From positions 13,365-77,364 of the forward strand of contig DHWF01000012.1 in the NCBI GenBank assembly GCA_002413045.1: a stretch of 64,000 bases of DNA, read 5' to 3'. A model generated the notes under the pieces. The model searched no databases. It saw nothing but the letters and a program-made list of their open reading frames with translations, and was not told where the DNA came from. Within the stretch, counting starts at the first letter, position 1; each line of letters starts with the position of its first letter. Source of the DNA: Chloroflexi bacterium UBA5189 (lineage in GTDB: Bacteria > Chloroflexota > Limnocylindria > Limnocylindrales > CSP1-4). The position numbers were made by a program, and so were the translations under genes. Shown here piece after piece: positions 31,252 through 39,167 of this stretch.

Positions 31252-31881
31252 GTGACAATCGAGGCCACGCCAACGCCCGGCGAACCCGTGGTCGTGACCC
31301 CACTCCGGAGACGACGCCTCGCCCGTCTCGCCATCGAGATCGCCGAGACGCTGGTGCTGACCGCGTTGATCTTCCTCGCGCTGCAGACGTTCGTGGCGCA
31401 GCCGTTCAGGGTCGAGGGCGGGTCCATGGAGACGACGCTCGAACCGAATCAATACGTCCTGGTCGACAAGCTCACGCCTCGGTGGGCGCCGTACGGCCGC
31501 GGCGACATCGTCGTGCTCGATCCGCCGGCCGCCTACCAGCGAGATGGAACACCATTCATCAAGCGGGTGATCGGGCTGCCCGGCGATCGCGTCCAGCTCG
31601 TCGACGGGGCGGTCGTTGTCAATGGGACGGCCCTCGACGAGCCCTACCTCTACAGCGTGGGCGGCGTCCGCGAGCCCACCGACCCGACCCTGGGTGGACT
31701 CTCCGAGTGGTACGTGCCACCGGGCCAGCTCTTCGTCCTCGGGGACCACCGCCAGAACTCATCCGACTCGCGCGTCTTCGGGACCGTCGACATCTCGAGC
31801 ATCGTGGGCCGCGCCTGGCTGCGCTACTGGCCGATCGACACCTTCGGAACGCTGCCGGCCGAACTGGACGCGCTCAGGTAG
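31252..31881 (+). CDS. lepB: Signal peptidase I
   Basis: 'FRVEGGSMETTLEPNQYVLVDK', 'GDIVVL', 'FIKRVIGLPGDRV' and 'FVLGDHRQNSSDSR' are S26 boxes B-E. It has a GTG start and an N-terminal TM segment. Confidence 0.9.
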   Translation: MTIEATPTPGEPVVVTPLRRRRLARLAIEIAETLVLTALIFLALQTFVAQPFRVEGGSMETTLEPNQYVLVDKLTPRWAPYGRGDIVVLDPPAAYQRDGTPFIKRVIGLPGDRVQLVDGAVVVNGTALDEPYLYSVGGVREPTDPTLGGLSEWYVPPGQLFVLGDHRQNSSDSRVFGTVDISSIVGRAWLRYWPIDTFGTLPAELDALR

Positions 31882-32257
31882 CGGTGGGGTTCGCGTCCTC
31901 GAGGCGGTAGACGACCGGCGTCCCGTTGTCGAGGTGGTAGAAGGCGCGGATCGGCACGCTCGTCGCCTCGTGGGCGAGCAGGTGGCTCGGCGAGAACTGG
32001 GTCGGGTTCTCGAGGACGCCGACCTTCAGCGTCAGCGTGGATCCGTCAGCCAGTCGCAGGTCGAACCCGTTGACCTTGCCGAGGCTCGGTGTATCGACCG
32101 AGACGACGACCCCGACCACCGGCGACGGCGGCGGCGTCGCGCACGGGGCATTCGCGGCGCCGCACACCCGACCAGCGGACCAGAACACGAACGCGCCGAT
32201 CACCAGCACCGCGAGGACGCCGATGGGCCCCCAGATCCCAACGGCCCGCCAGTTCAC
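31874..32257 (-). CDS. Membrane-anchored hypothetical protein
   Basis: The C-terminal 127 aa of the 289-aa track ORF. Its GTG start forms a GTGA overlap with the pyrE stop at 32254-32257. The N-terminal TM segment is 'IWGPIGVLAVLVIGAFVFW'. No family was recognised. Confidence 0.5.
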   Translation of the reverse strand: MNWRAVGIWGPIGVLAVLVIGAFVFWSAGRVCGAANAPCATPPPSPVVGVVVSVDTPSLGKVNGFDLRLADGSTLTLKVGVLENPTQFSPSHLLAHEATSVPIRAFYHLDNGTPVVYRLEDANPTAT

Positions 32258-32928
32258 GCGCCGGCGGCGCCCGTGCTGCCAGGCGCGTAGATCGGCGTGC
32301 CGGCCGCGCACAGCGGGCAGGACGCCGCGCCCGGCTCGAAGGTCGGCAGGTCGAGGACCCACAGGGCGCTGAGGCTGTAGCGCCGCCCAGTCGAAGGCGA
32401 TTCGAGCGAGCTGAGCCCGCCGGACCGATCGACGAGCACCGCGCACTCGACGATCTCGCCGCCGAGCGCCTCGACCGCCGGGATCATGGCCAGGAGCGAG
32501 CCGCCTGTCGTGAGGATGTCGTCGACGAGGAGGACGCGCTCGCCCGGCGTGATCGTGAAGCCGCGGCGAAACTCGCGGCGCGGATGGCCGCTGCCGTGGA
32601 CCTCCTCCGCGAAGATCGCCCGCGTCCCGAGCTGGCGGCCGGTCTCGAAGGCGAGGATCACGCCGCCGGTCGTCGGGCCTGCCACGAGGTCGACCATCGG
32701 GCGATCGTCGGCGCCGCGGTACCGACCGGCCCAGAACCCGCACAGCTGGCTGGTCGCATCAGGGTTGGACAGGACGGCGAACTTCTCGAGGTAGGCACTC
32801 GAGTGGCGCCCGCTCTTGAGCAGGAAGTGGCCGTCGCGGAGCGCGCCGGAGCTCCGGAAGAGCGCCTCGGTGCGCTTGGCGATCGCGGCGCGGGCCGTCA
32901 GCTCGGTTGCTGGCTTGATCGAGGTCAT
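32254..32928 (-). CDS. pyrE: Orotate phosphoribosyltransferase
   Basis: The PRPP motif 'VLLVDDILTTGGS' and 'GHFLLKSGRHSSAYLEKF' are present. It sits in the pyr gene neighbourhood. Confidence 0.85.
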   Translation of the reverse strand: MTSIKPATELTARAAIAKRTEALFRSSGALRDGHFLLKSGRHSSAYLEKFAVLSNPDATSQLCGFWAGRYRGADDRPMVDLVAGPTTGGVILAFETGRQLGTRAIFAEEVHGSGHPRREFRRGFTITPGERVLLVDDILTTGGSLLAMIPAVEALGGEIVECAVLVDRSGGLSSLESPSTGRRYSLSALWVLDLPTFEPGAASCPLCAAGTPIYAPGSTGAAGA

Positions 32929-32965
32929 CGGCCCCGAGTGTATTCGGGGCCGATGGTTCGATCCG

Positions 32966-33917
32966 TCAGGCCGCGGGCTCTGCCGGAACCTCCGGTGCCG
33001 ACGTCATTCGGCGCACGCGGCGAGCGACCACGATCCCGATCCAGGCAAGGATCCCGAGCGCGATCAGGATCGGCAGCCAGACAATCGCGAACCAGATGCC
33101 CGCGGTCGCGAGCGCCTGGAGCACGCCGACGAGGCTGGCCGACGCCTGGTCGACCTGGCTCTTCGGGTCGAACTGCTGCTGCGACGTCTGCACCGGGTCC
33201 GGCTTCAGGGAGAAGGTCACGGTGAGCGTCGAGTACGCGGCCTGCTCCTGGAGCCCCGACTGCTGGGCTTGCATCCTCGATCTGGCCACGCACCGTCGTC
33301 AGCTCGTCCTGGACGGCGAGCACGTCCTTGATCTGGGTGGCGCGATTCATGATCGCCTGGAGGGCCTGCTCGGTCGCCTGGAGGTTCTTGATCCGCGCTC
33401 CGAGATCGACGACCTGGCCGGTCACGTCCTCGGTCTTGGATTGCTCGCCGAGCACCTTCGTCGCGATGCCGCGGAGCCCGGTGAGCGCCTCGTCCCAGCG
33501 TGCCGCCGGGATCCGGAACGTGATCGAGGCCGGAGCGCTGTCGCCGTCGCCGGATCGATCCGAGCCACTGACGTAGCCGTTCAGCGCATCGATCTGGTGG
33601 GTCGCGCTGGCCAGCCCCGCGTCGATGTCGGTCACCTGGAGGACCATCGTGCCCGTCTTGATGATCAGCAGATCCTGGCCCGGTGCATACAGGTTGGCCG
33701 GGTTGCCGCTCGTGCCGTCGCCCGAGCCTCCGGACGAGCTCTCGTCGCCGAAGAGGGCCGAACCGGACGTCGCGGCAGGGGCCGGTGCTAACGCCGCGTC
33801 GCCGGCGGGCGCGCTCGTCGCGCTTCCCGCGCTCCCGCACGCGGCGAGGATCGCCGCCAGTCCGATCGAAGCCAGGAGGGCCGGTCCACGCCGGCGCGAA
33901 GTTCCCGTCGACAGCAT
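32966..33917 (-). pseudogene. DUF4349 lipoprotein gene interrupted by a 1-nt frameshift near 33275-33282 (or an assembly indel)
   Basis: In frame A (33917 to ~33280) the lipobox is 'LAACG', and '...LAVQDELTTVRGQIE' then turns into Arg/Pro junk. Frame B (33274 to 32966) continues sensibly with 'MQAQQSGLQEQAAYSTLTVTFSLKP' and two C-terminal TM helices, as DUF4349 proteins do. Confidence 0.7.
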
Positions 33918-34014
33918 TGCGCTGCTCCTCTCGTCGTGTCGGACGCGCGCAGGCGCCCGGCGCGCCGACGACGGCGCAGGGGTCGAGATGGTTCCGCGAG
34001 CGGTCAGCGGCCGA

Positions 34015-35193
34015 TCAGGGCCGGTACTCGACGCCCTTCGAGGAGGGCGCGGCGGCGCGCTTCGGAAGCGCGGTGCCGATCAGCGGCGCGAAGCTCGTGA
34101 GCCCGCGGCGCCGGCACTCGGCGGCGAGCTCGTCGACGAGGCGGACCGGGAGCGTGGGGTCGGCGAAGATCGCCGTGCCGACCTGTACCGCCGCCGCACC
34201 GACGGCGAGGTAGTCCAGCACGTCGGCGAGCTCCGTCACGCCCCCGATCGCGACGACCGGGATGTCGACGACCTGGCTGACCTCGTACACGATCCGAAGC
34301 GCGACCGGCTTGATCGCCGGCCCGGACAGGCCGCCGTACGTATTGCCGAGCAGCGGCCGCAGCCGGGAGGGCGAAACCGCGATGCCCGACAGCGTATTGA
34401 TCGCGGTGAGCGCATCGGCGCCGGCATCGGCGATGGCGCGCGCGATCGGGCGCACGTCGGCGACGTTCGGTGACAGCTTCACGAGCAGCGGCAGGTCAGT
34501 GGCCCGGCGCACCGCCGCGGTGACTCCGGCGGCGGCATCGGCATCGATCGCGAACTGGAGGCCACCCTTGCCCACGTTCGGGCAGCTGATGTTGAGCTCG
34601 ATCCCGGCAATGCCAGGCACGCCCTCGAGTCGTCGGACGACCTCGACGTAGTCGGCGACTGACTCGCCAGCCACGTTCACGATCACCGGGACCTGCCAGC
34701 CTGCCCACGTCTCGGCGTACTTGGCGATGACCGCGTCGACGCCCGGGTTCTGCAGCCCGATCGAATTCAGCATGCCGCCCGGCGTCTCGGTGACCCGTGG
34801 CGTTGGGTTGCCGATGCGTGGCCGCAGCGTCGTGCCCTTGCAGCAGATCGCGCCGAGCCGCTGGACCTCGACGACGTCGGCGTACTCGGTCCCGTAGCCG
34901 AACGTCCCCGACGCGACGAGGATCGGGTTCGCGAGGACGAGCCCACGACCAAGATCGACCGACAGGTCGACGTCGACGTCCGGCGCCGTCGCGACGGGCT
35001 TCTGCGGCGCGGCCGAGATCCGCGTCGAGGTCGCCGACGCGGCGCTGTTCGAGCTCACGGCGCCGCGGATGTCAGGCGCGCGCCGGACCACCGGTGCGAT
35101 CGCGGGCTTGATCCGGCGGACGGTCGGGCGGCGCTTGGCGAGGCCGGGCCGCTCCCCGGTCGCAGAGGTGACGACACGGCGCTTCGCCTTCAC
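34015..35193 (-). CDS. pyrD: Dihydroorotate dehydrogenase 1B, catalytic subunit
   Basis: 'NPILVASGTFGYG', 'GMLNSIGLQNPG', 'IELNISCPNV', 'VKLSPN', 'TAINT' and 'GGLSGPAIKP' are present. The GTG at 35193 forms a GTGA overlap with the pyrK stop, but it would add a basic N-terminal extension of about 85 aa. A later start, such as the GTG near 35055, is possible. Confidence 0.88.
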   Translation of the reverse strand: MKAKRRVVTSATGERPGLAKRRPTVRRIKPAIAPVVRRAPDIRGAVSSNSAASATSTRISAAPQKPVATAPDVDVDLSVDLGRGLVLANPILVASGTFGYGTEYADVVEVQRLGAICCKGTTLRPRIGNPTPRVTETPGGMLNSIGLQNPGVDAVIAKYAETWAGWQVPVIVNVAGESVADYVEVVRRLEGVPGIAGIELNISCPNVGKGGLQFAIDADAAAGVTAAVRRATDLPLLVKLSPNVADVRPIARAIADAGADALTAINTLSGIAVSPSRLRPLLGNTYGGLSGPAIKPVALRIVYEVSQVVDIPVVAIGGVTELADVLDYLAVGAAAVQVGTAIFADPTLPVRLVDELAAECRRRGLTSFAPLIGTALPKRAAAPSSKGVEYRP

Positions 35194-36050
35194 CAGCCGC
35201 CCTCCCAGTCGAGCTCCTCGGAGGCGAAGACCGGGCCCTCGCGGCAGACGCGCTGCGGCGCGCCCGCGGTGGACAGGACCACGCAGCCGAGGCACGCCCC
35301 GACCGCGCAGCCCATGTTCTGCTCCATCGAGACCTGGAGGAACGCCTTGCGCCGAGCCAGCGGCGAGCCCGCGGGCACGGGCCGCCCGGCGCCGCGCTTC
35401 CGGCCGAGCTTCGCGACGCCGAGCCGGCGCCCGCGCGAGGCCGCCAGCGACGAGAGGACGCGGAGCATCCCGAGCGGGCCACACGCGAAGGCCTGGTCGG
35501 CCCAGGCCTCGTAGGCGGGGATCAGCTCGGTCACGAACCCGTGATGCCCGACGGAGCCGTCATCGGTCGCAACCACGTACTCGACCTCGTCCGGCAGCAA
35601 CGAGGACGGGTACACGTCCCGGGCGCTCGCGCCGCCGAAGAGCAACGTCACCTGGCGCCCGTCGCGGATCGCCTCGTCGGCGAGCGAGCGAACGCCCGCG
35701 ATGCCGAGCCCGCCGGCCACGAGCAGCACGTGCTGCGTCCGCGGATCCACCTCGAATGGCCGCCCGAGCGGGCCGAGCATGTCGACCCGGTCCCCGGGTC
35801 GCAGCCGCGTGAACCATTCCGTGCCGCGCCCGACAGTCCGGAAATGGATCGTCAGGGTCCCCGCCAGCGTGTCGATCGTGTTGAACGAGAACGGGCGGCG
35901 CAGGACGAGGCCGGAGTAGTCGCCTGTTCGGACGTGGACGAACTGGCCGGCGCGCGCACCGGCGACGAGCTCAGGCGCGTGGTAGGTCTGGAGCCACTGG
36001 TCGGGCAGGATCTCGCGGCTGTCGAGCAGCTCGGCGCCCGCGAGGCGCAT
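35190..36050 (-). CDS. pyrK: Dihydroorotate dehydrogenase 1B electron-transfer subunit (FAD/[2Fe-2S])
   Basis: ATG at 36050 (MRLAGAELLD..). 'RRPFSF', 'LLVAGGLGIAG' and the cluster motif 'MGCAVGACLGCVV...VCREGPVF' are present. An internal basic insert of about 30 aa lies before the cluster motif. Confidence 0.88.
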   Translation of the reverse strand: MRLAGAELLDSREILPDQWLQTYHAPELVAGARAGQFVHVRTGDYSGLVLRRPFSFNTIDTLAGTLTIHFRTVGRGTEWFTRLRPGDRVDMLGPLGRPFEVDPRTQHVLLVAGGLGIAGVRSLADEAIRDGRQVTLLFGGASARDVYPSSLLPDEVEYVVATDDGSVGHHGFVTELIPAYEAWADQAFACGPLGMLRVLSSLAASRGRRLGVAKLGRKRGAGRPVPAGSPLARRKAFLQVSMEQNMGCAVGACLGCVVLSTAGAPQRVCREGPVFASEELDWEGGW

Positions 36051-36111
36051 GGACGCGGGAACCCGCTCAGCCTGGCCAGCGGGGCTTGGGTCTCGCGTGC
36101 GGGTGGTCAGC

Positions 36112-36975
36112 CTAGGACTCCTTCTCCTCGGAGTCCTCGACGTCCTCGTGATCCTCGCCGTCCTCGGCGTCGTCGCCCTCGGCGGAGACCGCCGGGTACT
36201 GGTCGACGATCGCCTCGGCGAGGTCACCGAACACGTCGGTCGGGTCGTAGAAGCGGACGATCTGGTCCGGGCTGGAGATGTCCTGCCAGCCGGTGCCGCC
36301 CTCCGGGATCACCTTGCCACGGAAGCCGCCGACGGTCAGCTCGAGGTGCTCGTCCTCGTCGTCGACGACGACGATCGCGTCGACGAGCCCGAGGACGCCG
36401 GCCGCAGCGTTCTCGAACTGCTCGATGAGCCCGGACTCGGTGCGCTGGCTGCGATCCTGGAAGTCGAGCGCGAGCTCATAGAGCGCGACCGCCGCGCCCG
36501 CCTCGTCCTTGGCCTCGGCCGTCGCCGGCTGGCCCGCGGCCCACTGGTCGGCGGCCGCCGCGTAGGCATCGACGGTCGGCGCGCCGTCCGTCTCGGCATC
36601 GCCGGTCACGGCACCGTCCTGGTCCGCAATGCCGATGTCCTCGGTCCGGGCATCGGCGAACGCCTGGAGGATGTCCGCGGGGTTGTAGATCTCGACGAGC
36701 TCGCCGGCGGTCTCGATGACCTCCGTCTCGGAGATCCACGCGCCGCGGCCCTCGTCGTAGACGCGGCTGCGGCTCCGGAACGTGCCGTCCGCGGAGACGG
36801 CGAGGTAGTCCGGGTCGTCGTCGATCAACACGATCCCGCCGAGCTGCTGGATCCGGTGCTGGTGGGTGGCCATGAACCGGTCGAGCTGCTCCCCGGCGCG
36901 CACGAGGAAGTCGGAGCGTTCGAGCTCGGCGTCCCGGGCCATCTCGGCCAGGAGGGCGTTTCGTCGGGCTTCCAT
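36112..36975 (-). CDS. Acidic hypothetical protein with an internal duplication
   Basis: 287 aa, very rich in Asp and Glu. Residues ~43-109 and ~193-255 align: IV.(I/V)DD(D/E)..(L)..(S/T)..G.FR...EG..W...(L/I)V..Y(N/D)P.D....(F/L)A(D/E)A. No family was recognised. Confidence 0.6.
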   Translation of the reverse strand: MEARRNALLAEMARDAELERSDFLVRAGEQLDRFMATHQHRIQQLGGIVLIDDDPDYLAVSADGTFRSRSRVYDEGRGAWISETEVIETAGELVEIYNPADILQAFADARTEDIGIADQDGAVTGDAETDGAPTVDAYAAAADQWAAGQPATAEAKDEAGAAVALYELALDFQDRSQRTESGLIEQFENAAAGVLGLVDAIVVVDDEDEHLELTVGGFRGKVIPEGGTGWQDISSPDQIVRFYDPTDVFGDLAEAIVDQYPAVSAEGDDAEDGEDHEDVEDSEEKES

Positions 36976-36985
36976 GTCCGGTCTC

Positions 36986-37312
36986 CTACAGGTGGACTTT
37001 GTACTCGGGTCCCATCCGCTCTCGGAGGAACATGGTGTGGTGGCGCTCCATGAGCCACTCGGCGCCCCGATGGGCGATCGCCTGGATCCCCTCGTCCTGC
37101 TCCATCGCGTCGAGCGTCCCGTATGACGGGAGATCGAACAGGAACAGGTTGTCGAAGTCCCAGCCGTGGGCCACGTTGTACCAGCCGATGAACTTGACGC
37201 CGTATTTCTCGCTGGTCTCGCGCATCTGGCGCGGGAACAGGGTCTTCATGTAGAACTTGAAGAAGGGGTCGCGGCCGCGTCGAACGGTGAAGTAGGTCGC
37301 GAGCACGGGCAC
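36986..37312 (-). CDS. Small hypothetical protein (possibly alpha+beta barrel-like)
   Basis: 108 aa of normal composition with a GTG start. 'KFIGWYNVAHGWDFDNLFLFDLPSYGTLDAM' is present. No family was recognised. Confidence 0.55.
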   Translation of the reverse strand: MPVLATYFTVRRGRDPFFKFYMKTLFPRQMRETSEKYGVKFIGWYNVAHGWDFDNLFLFDLPSYGTLDAMEQDEGIQAIAHRGAEWLMERHHTMFLRERMGPEYKVHL

Positions 37313-37374
37313 GGGGCGAGTGGTCCTCCGAAAGGGCTTCCGGGATAGGGCGGCGCCTATTCTCGCATGCTCTC

Positions 37375-37791
37375 CTAGGTTGGCTCCGCTGGCTCGGCGG
37401 GCTCCGCTGGATCGCTTGACTCGTCCTCGATCTCGCCGACCGTCTTCGTTTCGGAGCGCATCGGGCGGCGGCGACCGGCGGCGCGGCGGTCCGCCGCGAC
37501 GAGACGCAGCAGGAAGATGACCGTCTGCCCCACGAACAGGAGCAGCACGAGCGTCAGCGCCAGCAGGAAGATCGTGATCGGGATGGGCCAGCTCCAGGCC
37601 GCGCTCAGGGGCGTCAGCACGACCACGACCGCCAGCACCACGACCTGGATCCAGAAGCAGCCGAGCCCGGGGCCTTTCTCCGCATCGAGCGGAGCGCCCT
37701 TGTACTCGACGGCACGCTGCGTCGGCGGGGGCGCCGCGGGCTGCTCGGCGGGTGCCCCTTCAGGGTCCTCGTCGGTTTGGTCGTCGGTCAC
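37375..37791 (-). CDS. Hypothetical membrane protein
   Basis: 138 aa with acidic termini. Two or three central hydrophobic helices are present ('FWIQVVVLAVVVVLTPL', 'IPITIFLLALTLVLLLFVGQTVIFLL'). The C-terminus carries a (PAE)3 repeat. Confidence 0.55.
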   Translation of the reverse strand: MTDDQTDEDPEGAPAEQPAAPPPTQRAVEYKGAPLDAEKGPGLGCFWIQVVVLAVVVVLTPLSAAWSWPIPITIFLLALTLVLLLFVGQTVIFLLRLVAADRRAAGRRRPMRSETKTVGEIEDESSDPAEPAEPAEPT

Positions 37792-37810
37792 CGGCGGACT
37801 CTAGCGGGCT

Positions 37811-39160
37811 TCAGCGGAGCACGGGCTGGCTGGTCCGTGCCACCTGCTCGATGCGGTCAGCGGCACGCACCGTGCCGGGATTCGCCTGGTAGCGCGCGGC
37901 GTCGGCCGCCATTCGCTCGCGCAGGGCGCGATCGGCGAGCAGGCGATCGATCGCGCCGGTCAGGTCGCGGTCGTCAAACGCGTACGCGGGCAGCCGGACG
38001 CCGAAGCCCGTCTCCTCGACGCGCTGCGCGTTGTCGACCTGGTCCCAGAAGAGCGGCAGGACGACCATCGGCTTGCCGAAGTTGAAGCACTCGGTGACCG
38101 TGTTGTTCCCGCCGTGGGTCACCACGAGATCGACCTGCGGCAGGATCGCGGGCTGCGGCAGGATCGCCTCGCCGACCATGTTGTCGTGGAGCCGGATCTG
38201 GTCAGCAAGCGGGCCCTTGCTCACGATCACCCGATGGCGCGTGGCGCCGAGGACATCAATGAGCCGCTGAAGCAAGCCGACGTCCGCCGAGCCAAGACTT
38301 CCGAGTGACAGGTAGATGAGGCCGCCGCCGCCCTCGCGCAACCGCTCTGGGAGTGCCCACGTGCCGTCCGTCTCGCGCACGCACGAATCGAGGCGGTGCC
38401 ACGTGGGCGCGAGTGGTTGCTCCCGCCGGTAATCGGCGGCCTCCGGGAACAGGTACAGGTTCAGCCACGGCGATTCGGGCATGAAGTCCGGACCTTCGGG
38501 GTGCCACGCGAGTGCGGGCCCGCCGCGGGACCGACAGAAGGCGTCGTAATCGGCCCACATGGCGCGGTGGGTTCGCTCGACCTCTTCGAGGAACGCCGCG
38601 TTCGCCGAGCGATCCGCCACCGGATACCCGGAGCTGAACGGCGGCACGGCGGGATCCTTGAGCTCCGCGGGATTGCACGAGACGATCCGGACCCACGGCC
38701 GGCGAGACGCCGCGAGGGCCGGGAAGAAGATCACGTTGTCCTCGACGATCACGTCGGGCGCGAGCTCGTCGATGATCTCGCGGAGCCGATCATCGACGTA
38801 CTTCGACCCGTCAATGAGCGCCTGCCAGGTCGGCTGCATGAATTCGCCGAGCTGCTCGACCGTGGGCTTGCGGAAGATCGGCGCGGTGTCCCGGATGAAG
38901 TCGATCCAGAACTGGCCGGGAACCTCCTCGGTTTCCGGCTTCGGCCCGAGGCGCATCAGGCGCTCCTCGAAGCCCTTCTCCTCGAGCCGGCCGGCGAACG
39001 ACTCCTCGACGATGAACACGACCCGATGGCCGCGCCTTCGGAGCACGTCGCCGATGCCGACGCAGTTGTTCGTCGGGCCGTAGGCGCCCTCGGGAAAGAA
39101 CACGATCGTGCGCGTGTCGCCGGCCACGCGAGGATTATCGCGAGTCGCGCTCGTTACCAT
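37811..39160 (-). CDS. GT1-family UDP-glycosyltransferase (MGT/OleD-like)
   Basis: 'IVFFPEGAYGPTNNCVGIGDVLRRRGHRVVF' opens the protein. The C-terminal donor-binding region is 'LVVTHGGNNTVTECFNFGKPMVVLPLFWDQVDNAQRV'. The start is uncertain; GTG at 39127 is an alternative. Confidence 0.85.
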   Translation of the reverse strand: MVTSATRDNPRVAGDTRTIVFFPEGAYGPTNNCVGIGDVLRRRGHRVVFIVEESFAGRLEEKGFEERLMRLGPKPETEEVPGQFWIDFIRDTAPIFRKPTVEQLGEFMQPTWQALIDGSKYVDDRLREIIDELAPDVIVEDNVIFFPALAASRRPWVRIVSCNPAELKDPAVPPFSSGYPVADRSANAAFLEEVERTHRAMWADYDAFCRSRGGPALAWHPEGPDFMPESPWLNLYLFPEAADYRREQPLAPTWHRLDSCVRETDGTWALPERLREGGGGLIYLSLGSLGSADVGLLQRLIDVLGATRHRVIVSKGPLADQIRLHDNMVGEAILPQPAILPQVDLVVTHGGNNTVTECFNFGKPMVVLPLFWDQVDNAQRVEETGFGVRLPAYAFDDRDLTGAIDRLLADRALRERMAADAARYQANPGTVRAADRIEQVARTSQPVLR

Positions 39161-39167
39161 CCCCCCG

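Noticed and set aside
32945-32965. A tRNA-like T-loop string (ggttcgatcc) in the pyrE/DUF4349 spacer.
   Set aside because: The intergenic space is only 37 nt. The flanking bases do not form a T-stem or any acceptor or anticodon arms, so it is a chance match.
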